Part shown: positions 49,337 to 54,975 of the stretch, one piece after another | Layout: each line of letters opens with the position of its first letter | How positions within the stretch are numbered: the first letter of the stretch is position 1 | DNA from: Alphaproteobacteria bacterium | GTDB taxonomy: Bacteria > Pseudomonadota > Alphaproteobacteria > Rs-D84 | NCBI GenBank assembly: GCA_033345155.1 | Contig: JAWPOG010000023.1 | Coordinates: 1 to 54,975 of the forward strand | Length of the DNA: 54,975 bases | Direction: 5' to 3' | Program-made: the position numbers and the translations under genes | The notes under the pieces: model-generated | What the model was told of the DNA's origin: nothing | The model's database searches: none | The model's input: only the letters and a program-made list of their open reading frames with translations

Positions 49337-50173
49337 CTAGGATTCTTGGAGGATTTTTATTGTTGTGCGGCGAGTTGTCCAAATTGAAAATAAAATGATG
49401 ACAATTGGTAACAATATCAATATAAACCAACCCGTCCCAGATAACCCTAACATCGCCATCAGACCAACACGGGCACTGCGGGCCGAAGATATGATTAACA
49501 TCAGTACAGGGGTGGCGGCAACAAATCCAATCATGGCGGCAATCGCACTGATTTTCGCAACAATGGTCTGCATTTGATTGGCAATAAAATTATCTGATGC
49601 GCCAATTTGATTCAAGATTTCCAGTTCGCGACGATGCAGCATGGCTGTATTGCGGGCGATGTATGATATGCATATGCCGATTGCCCCCAGTGCCAGCAAT
49701 AATATAAACGATGATAATAAAATCATTCGCCATCCAGCGCCCGTAGATGGCCCCAGTGCTGTTGCATGGGTTAAAAATCGTGCATGCTTGGACAATTGTT
49801 CGCCAACAGATTCCAGGTCACCTGTTGTGTTAAATTCGATTTCCCACATTTTCGGCAGATAGTTTTTCAACACCCCACCGCCCGAAACCCATGGCGACAT
49901 CAAGTCGTTCATCTGTTCGGTGCTGATTTCATTAATAGATTTAATTTTATCGTTGTTGTTGGTAATAATCTGTTGTGTTTTTTTGATGTTGTCGGGATTT
50001 GTGACCTGGACGGTGGCGAAATTTTCCCACTGGGTGTTCCAGCGCATGACACCTGTGCCAATAGACAGTGCAATCCCCAGCGACAGCACAGATAAAAATG
50101 TCAGCAACGACATAATTATTGTCATAAACAGTGACTGTTCGCGTACCAGTGAAAATATAGTTGGCTTTCTCAT
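49337..50173 (-). CDS. ftsX: Cell division permease FtsX
   Basis: 4 TMs, HRRELEILNQIGASDNFIA; follows ftsE. Confidence 0.9.
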   Translation of the reverse strand: MRKPTIFSLVREQSLFMTIIMSLLTFLSVLSLGIALSIGTGVMRWNTQWENFATVQVTNPDNIKKTQQIITNNNDKIKSINEISTEQMNDLMSPWVSGGGVLKNYLPKMWEIEFNTTGDLESVGEQLSKHARFLTHATALGPSTGAGWRMILLSSFILLLALGAIGICISYIARNTAMLHRRELEILNQIGASDNFIANQMQTIVAKISAIAAMIGFVAATPVLMLIISSARSARVGLMAMLGLSGTGWFILILLPIVIILFSIWTTRRTTIKILQES

Positions 50174-50176
50174 ATC

Positions 50177-50971
50177 TTATGCGTTTCCGATATCGTCAAA
50201 CTGTTTAGACAGTTCTGCGAAATAGTTTTGTGGTTTTGGTCCCCGCCATACTCGTTTAGATTCCGAATCGTTTTTTGTTGTTGCGGGTGCAGATTTGCCC
50301 GAAAAACTGACGCGGTGATTTTCTACATGTATTACCGGGAATTTATAAGTTTCCATTAATTTCTTGTTATGGGTTGCCAATATAATCGTCGTGCCGAACA
50401 TCTTGTTCATCTGGATGAACAGTTCCATCAAACGAGATGCGTTTTCATCGTCCAGATTTCCGGTTGGTTCGTCCGCCAGCAATATCGCAGGCTGAATAAT
50501 AATAGCACGTGCGACCGATACGCGTTGCTGTTGTCCGCCCGACAAAGCCAAAGGATTTGCATTCGAGTATTTGCCCAATCCAACCCAGTCTAAAACCTTG
50601 GTCACCAGTTTTTTTATTTTATCTTCGTTCAGATTGCGCACCCGCAGAGGCAAGGCGACATTATCAAACACCGACAGGTGCGACAACAGTGAATAAGACT
50701 GAAATACAATCGCCATTTTTTGACGAACATTCGTGATTTCATCGCGCGTCATATTATTGGTAATATGTCCAAACAACTTAATCTGGCCGCGTGAAGGCTT
50801 GTGCAATTGGTAAATCAGTCGCAACAGAGTGGTTTTGCCCGCCCCAGATGCCCCCGACAGAAAATAAAACCCGCCACCGCTGATGTTAAAAGAAACATCG
50901 GTCAGGATTTCGGGCGTTCCATCATAGCGTGCCGCCACATTTGCGAACGAGATTGCTGTCTTTTCTTCCAT
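50177..50971 (-). CDS. ftsE: Cell division ATP-binding protein FtsE
   Basis: GASGAGKT, NVALPL, LSGGQQQR, LADEPTGNLD, ATH. Confidence 0.93.
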   Translation of the reverse strand: MEEKTAISFANVAARYDGTPEILTDVSFNISGGGFYFLSGASGAGKTTLLRLIYQLHKPSRGQIKLFGHITNNMTRDEITNVRQKMAIVFQSYSLLSHLSVFDNVALPLRVRNLNEDKIKKLVTKVLDWVGLGKYSNANPLALSGGQQQRVSVARAIIIQPAILLADEPTGNLDDENASRLMELFIQMNKMFGTTIILATHNKKLMETYKFPVIHVENHRVSFSGKSAPATTKNDSESKRVWRGPKPQNYFAELSKQFDDIGNA

Positions 50972-51031
50972 ACATTGGAATATAATAGAAAAAAAATACA
51001 TCGTCAAACAAAAATGTTGGCGATCAAGGGT

Positions 51032-51157
51032 CTAGATTATTTTGTTGTCCTGGACCAAAACCTGTTCGCTTGATACAGGCTGGGCCGAATTATCGGACGG
51101 CACATGGGTGCACGAGGTTATAATAGATGCGATAAAAATAAACAAATACTTTGCCAT
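51032..51157 (-). CDS. Small lipoprotein, 41 aa (not in ORF track)
   Basis: MAKYLFIFIASIITSCTHVPSDNSAQPVSSEQVLVQDNKII; lipobox ITSC, AAGGT SD-like, upstream TTGACA-18-TAGATT. Confidence 0.65.
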   Translation of the reverse strand: MAKYLFIFIASIITSCTHVPSDNSAQPVSSEQVLVQDNKII

Positions 51158-51289
51158 TTTTTTTACCTTTTTGCCTGACACTTGATATGAATCTAGCAAA
51201 AATCGAAAAAACTTGTCAACAGATGATTTTTTATGTTTGGCAACGCGTGCATTTTTATGTTACAATATAGGAAAATTCGGAGGATTAAA

Positions 51290-52063
51290 ATGAAAAAGAA
51301 TGCTTTGTTGTTTATGTGTGGCGCATTACTGGTGTCGATGTCTGGTGCGGATGCGGCTTCGTATGTGGTGCGTGACCAAGATGGGAAATATTTGGCGGTG
51401 CGTGCTGTTGCGCCCACCAGTTCTTGTGTCAGAACAACATGTGGGGCGGCTCGGGCTGACAAAGTGTCGTGGTCAGAACGGGATTCTGGTGATGGCAATT
51501 GGTATTTGGGTGGTCGTGTTGATATAAACTTTTTAAGTTGGAAAAATGAATACAGTTCATCTCAGGCTGGGGTAAATGTTTGGTTTGATCACGACGATTA
51601 TTCGTTCGAGCCTGTATTCGGTGGCGACATTTTTATTGGCTATGCGTTTAATGATTTGTGGCGGCTTGATGTCGAGGGTGGCATGATTGGCAGTTTCGAA
51701 GATGCGGACGATAATTTCAGTTTCAAGATGACTGTGCCATATATAACCTTGAACGGTTATCGTGATTTTTCAAACGGTCTGTATGTTGGTCTGGGTGTTG
51801 GTGTTGCTTTGCCCAAGACCGAATTATCGGGGGCGTTTTATTCCGAAAATCGCATCAAACGTGAATCTTCGTTGATGGGTTCTTTGATGCTGGGGTGGTC
51901 CAGTCATCTGAGCGAAGATATGGTGCTGGATTTGCGTTATCGTTTGGCCGTGTTTGACGGTACGACACACAGTCGTGTGCTAAGTGCGGGCGATTTGTTT
52001 AAAAATGAAATAGGTATGGTGTTGGATAATTCCGTATCTGTTGGGTTGCGCTATGAATTTTAG
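51290..52063 (+). CDS. Outer-membrane 8-stranded beta-barrel protein (opacity/OmpA-TM-like)
   Basis: Signal peptide, WYLGG, IGY..WRLDVEG, YVGLGVG, LDLRYR, C-terminal VGLRYEF; GGAGG SD. Confidence 0.85.
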   Translation: MKKNALLFMCGALLVSMSGADAASYVVRDQDGKYLAVRAVAPTSSCVRTTCGAARADKVSWSERDSGDGNWYLGGRVDINFLSWKNEYSSSQAGVNVWFDHDDYSFEPVFGGDIFIGYAFNDLWRLDVEGGMIGSFEDADDNFSFKMTVPYITLNGYRDFSNGLYVGLGVGVALPKTELSGAFYSENRIKRESSLMGSLMLGWSSHLSEDMVLDLRYRLAVFDGTTHSRVLSAGDLFKNEIGMVLDNSVSVGLRYEF

Positions 52064-52137
52064 CAAAGAATTTTACGAATTGGTGTTTGACATCGATTCG
52101 CAAAAATGATAAAATACAAGGGCAGGGAAGAGAGTTT

Positions 52138-53505
52138 ATGAAATACAGTTTTGGAATTTCTACATTGTCGATTGTTTGCGCAATATCTGCGGGTGTTTCG
52201 ATGCCGGTTTTTGCGGCGCCTGCGGTTCGTTCGTTGGGCAGTGCGGGTACATATGCCGGTACGGCTGGTGCGGTCAGTGGGGTTAAATCTGCTGCGCCAT
52301 CTGCGGGTCGTGCGGGGACGATATCGTCCGGTCGTGTTGGTTCGACGACGGCGGCAGATTCGACAACGGCTGGTGTGTCGGGAAATCGTGTTACATCGAC
52401 TCGGGTTGCTGCGACGCCACGTTTATCGATTGGTAAATATTTATCTGGGGCGACCATTGGTGGTGCGACTGGCGGTGCTACGATTAAGCCGGGGCAGTCT
52501 GGTGTTGATACCGAAGAATTGGGTGAACGTATCGATGGGTTAGAGGTCAAGGTAGAAGATCTGGCGAATGATATTGCGGATTTGACTGGGCAGACAACAA
52601 TTGTCGAATATGGCGAAGGTATTTTGACGATTATTCAGGGTGATAAAACGACTGACTATAACCTGGCCGAGTATTTTGCAACCCAGGAAGAATTACAGGC
52701 ATTGGAAGATGCGATTAATGAATTGGTTATTCCGACCAAGGTTTCTGAACTGGAAAATGATGCGGGTTATATTACCCAGGCTGATATCCCAAGTATAGAT
52801 CATCTGGCAACCCAGACAGAATTAGCCAATCGTGTGCAAGAATTGCGGGATTTGATATCGGGGTTAGATTATGTTGAATCAGACGATTTGACGGATCTGA
52901 ACAGTGTTATTATTACATTGCAAAATGGTCAGGTGACGAACGCTCAACAGATTCAAAGTTTGGGGCAAGTGGTGGACAATTTGAACCAAACCTATGCCAC
53001 AGATGAAGAGCTGGCGCAGGCTATTAAAAATGTTCAGGCGGGTTTGGCGGAATTGGAAAATTATTATACCAAGGCAGAATCGGACGCGCGTTTTCAACAG
53101 GTGTTGAACAGTGAACAAAATGAACAGACCGAACCGAATGTTATCCAAACGGGTGCGGGTGTTGTTAAATCGGTGGCCGCCGATGATGGTGTTGTGACGA
53201 TTACGCGTTCACTGATTGAAAATGCCGATATTGCGGATGACGCGGCGATATCTGCGGGCAAGATTGATACTTTGTCTGGGTTTATGGAAACGACCGAACA
53301 GGATATCGAAGATGTGAAATCGGCTTTGGATGACGTTGAACAGAAATTCACAGATTTGCAGTTGGATAATGTTTTGCATGGGATTATGGAAGATGGTACC
53401 TATGTGATTCACTTTTCCAATGGTGCGGTCAGTTATTCGCCCGTGGTATTTATTGGTGAGGGTGGCGAACCGATTGATATGACCGCGGGTTCGATAACCC
53501 CATAA
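52138..53505 (+). CDS. Secreted fibrous/coiled-coil protein with phage tail-fibre-like motifs
   Basis: Signal peptide, G/S/T/A-rich N-terminus, acidic coiled coil, IPTKVSELENDAGYIT, YYTKAESDARF, I.NADIADDAAI. Confidence 0.75.
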   Translation: MKYSFGISTLSIVCAISAGVSMPVFAAPAVRSLGSAGTYAGTAGAVSGVKSAAPSAGRAGTISSGRVGSTTAADSTTAGVSGNRVTSTRVAATPRLSIGKYLSGATIGGATGGATIKPGQSGVDTEELGERIDGLEVKVEDLANDIADLTGQTTIVEYGEGILTIIQGDKTTDYNLAEYFATQEELQALEDAINELVIPTKVSELENDAGYITQADIPSIDHLATQTELANRVQELRDLISGLDYVESDDLTDLNSVIITLQNGQVTNAQQIQSLGQVVDNLNQTYATDEELAQAIKNVQAGLAELENYYTKAESDARFQQVLNSEQNEQTEPNVIQTGAGVVKSVAADDGVVTITRSLIENADIADDAAISAGKIDTLSGFMETTEQDIEDVKSALDDVEQKFTDLQLDNVLHGIMEDGTYVIHFSNGAVSYSPVVFIGEGGEPIDMTAGSITP

Positions 53506-53628
53506 GAATCGGTCCATTAACAAGACGAATAGAGATTTGAACAGAAGAAACCAAGAAAAGAAAGCAGAAAAAACGAAATAATGAAGAAATAAAAAACAAA
53601 AAACAAAAAACAAGAAGGAAGGGAAAAA

Positions 53629-54339
53629 ATGAAAGTAAAAAATATTGTGTTTTCAGGATTTGCTGCGGCAGTCTTGATGGGTGTAGCAGCGGATGCTAAT
53701 GCGGACACGCACGTTGTGACCAAGGGGTATATTGATAGTTTGAACAGTACGGTTTCGGCTAATGCAGGTGAGTATGTTACTGGTGTGACACAGACTGCTG
53801 GTAAGCTTACGGGTGTGGCAAAGACAGGGTTTGAAACAGAGATTACTGCGACGAATCATAGCGAGACAAATGCACCAACAGCTAAGGCGGTTTATGATTA
53901 TGTTGAGGCTAATGACGACAACACAACGTATACAGGCTCAGGTTATGTCTCTATTGATGGGAATAATGACATCACAGTAACCAATGTTACAAATGAGGCT
54001 GCAGGTATTAATGATTCTAGTGAATTATTGACAACAGGTAAGGCGGTTTATGATTATGTTGAGGCTAATGACTCCGACACAACGTATACAGGCTCAGGTT
54101 ATGTCTCTATTGATACGGATAATAACATCACAGTAACCAATGTTACAAATGGTTCTATTACTGATGGTAGTACAGAATTGACGACAGCTAATGCGGTTTA
54201 TGATTATGTAACTCAGTTGACAGGTGGTGTTTTGCCTCAAGGATGCGAGAATGGTGATTGTGCTTTGGTAAAGATTGGTGGTACATTACAGTGGGTTGAA
54301 TTGACGACACCTGTGCTAGACCAAACAACTGGTGGTTAA
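53629..54339 (+). CDS. Secreted repeat protein (AVYDYV repeats)
   Basis: Signal peptide; three KAVYDYV/NAVYDYV units, two near-identical at DNA level (period 156 bp); C-terminal C...DC.LV...LQW. Confidence 0.8.
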   Translation: MKVKNIVFSGFAAAVLMGVAADANADTHVVTKGYIDSLNSTVSANAGEYVTGVTQTAGKLTGVAKTGFETEITATNHSETNAPTAKAVYDYVEANDDNTTYTGSGYVSIDGNNDITVTNVTNEAAGINDSSELLTTGKAVYDYVEANDSDTTYTGSGYVSIDTDNNITVTNVTNGSITDGSTELTTANAVYDYVTQLTGGVLPQGCENGDCALVKIGGTLQWVELTTPVLDQTTGG

Positions 54340-54361
54340 TTTAATTGCATAGGCGATTGAC

Positions 54362-54434
54362 AGAATTTGATTCTTAACAGTTCTTGTTCGGATGCTTTGT
54401 CCACAGGAATTGTTAGAATCAAATTCTTTTTTTT
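54362..54434 (+). terminator. Long hairpin terminator
   Basis: AGAATTTGATTCT-TAACAGTTCTTGT ... ACAGGAATTGTTA-GAATCAAATTCT followed by T8. Confidence 0.8.
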
Positions 54435-54450
54435 GGATTACTTAAACCGA

Positions 54451-54487
54451 TTTTTTAGTGGTTAGTGTAAGTGGTTAGTGTTGGAAT
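54451..54487. repeat. Heptamer (TTAGTGG-type) cassette, copy C
   Basis: TTTTTTAGTGGTTAGTGTAAGTGGTTAGTGTTGGAAT. Confidence 0.9.
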
Positions 54488-54541
54488 CCCACTGCGCCAA
54501 GGCTTCGTGGGACAAGTGCTTTAATTGCTCTTTGCTCTTTG

Positions 54542-54975
54542 CGCGCATTACCTGCCCCCCGTGTGGGGCGGGACAGTTTTACTTGACCCGCCATGCGGGT
54601 CTTTAGTAAAACTTGGGTGGGGGGTGTTTTTAGTGGTTAGTGTTTAGTGTTGGAATATATTACCACTACCCCGTCGGCAAAGCCGACACCCCTTCGCCAG
54701 CAAAGGGGATTTACTTAGATAAATAAAAGTTTAGTTAAGATATTAATTTTTAGAAATTAAGCGCCATTACCTGCCCCCGTGTGTGGGGCGGGCGGAATTC
54801 CCGACAATTTATTGGCGTAGGAATTCCGGGGTGGGGGGTGTTTTTAGTGGTTAGTGTTTAGTGTTGGAATATATTACCACTACCCCGTCGGCAAAGCCGA
54901 CACCCCTTCGCCAGCAAAGGGGATTTACTTAAGATAAATAAAAGTTTAGTTAAGATATTAATTTTTAGAAATTAA
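54542..54975. repeat. Tandem array of ~219-bp composite units with a variable hairpin insert
   Basis: Units 54542-54760 and 54761-54975 are near-identical except unrelated inserts at 54573-54614 and 54793-54828. Confidence 0.95.

Noticed and set aside
52138-54339. Prophage tail module
   Set aside because: Both proteins have Sec signal peptides and no capsid, terminase, integrase or lysis genes are nearby
54542-54975. CRISPR array
   Set aside because: The constant part is about 175 bp, the variable parts are self-complementary, only two units are visible and there are no cas genes in the window

Overview
Core-chromosome window from a small, streamlined alphaproteobacterium. The alpha-type SspB, RpoH, ftsEX-DUF218-plsC block and rsmG-parA-parB support the class; the GRSMIEMLGVLAI pilin and Cys-rich secreted proteins suggest an uncultured gut lineage such as Rs-D84/Ca. 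Enterousia (inference). Most of it is housekeeping: topA, mreC-mreD-mrdA-rodA, rpmI-rplT-pheST, tRNA-Val, rpoH, recF, mreB, rnpA, accBC, gpsA, parAB with two parS sites, mutS, truB, rpsO, dnaQ, uvrD, uvrC, ppa, efp, tolB and ftsEX. A change in strand bias suggests oriC lies nearby. The unusual content is mostly intergenic or small. (1) A 1.24-kb cassette after rpsO is bounded by 50-bp inverted repeats and holds a GIY-YIG nuclease gene enclosed in perfect 33-bp palindromic inverted repeats, plus an HTH gene behind a highly structured attenuator-like leader. (2) A dispersed modular palindrome/heptamer repeat system ends in a ~219-bp tandem array with swapped hairpin inserts at the window end. 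(3) A 173-bp tRNA-linked repeat could yield a structured CCA-ending RNA. (4) There is a CdaA-type diadenylate cyclase, unexpected in an alphaproteobacterium. (5) Many genes appear leaderless. (6) There are orphan pilins, phage-fibre-like secreted proteins and an unannotated 41-aa lipoprotein. All calls are from motif recognition by eye; no database searches were run.
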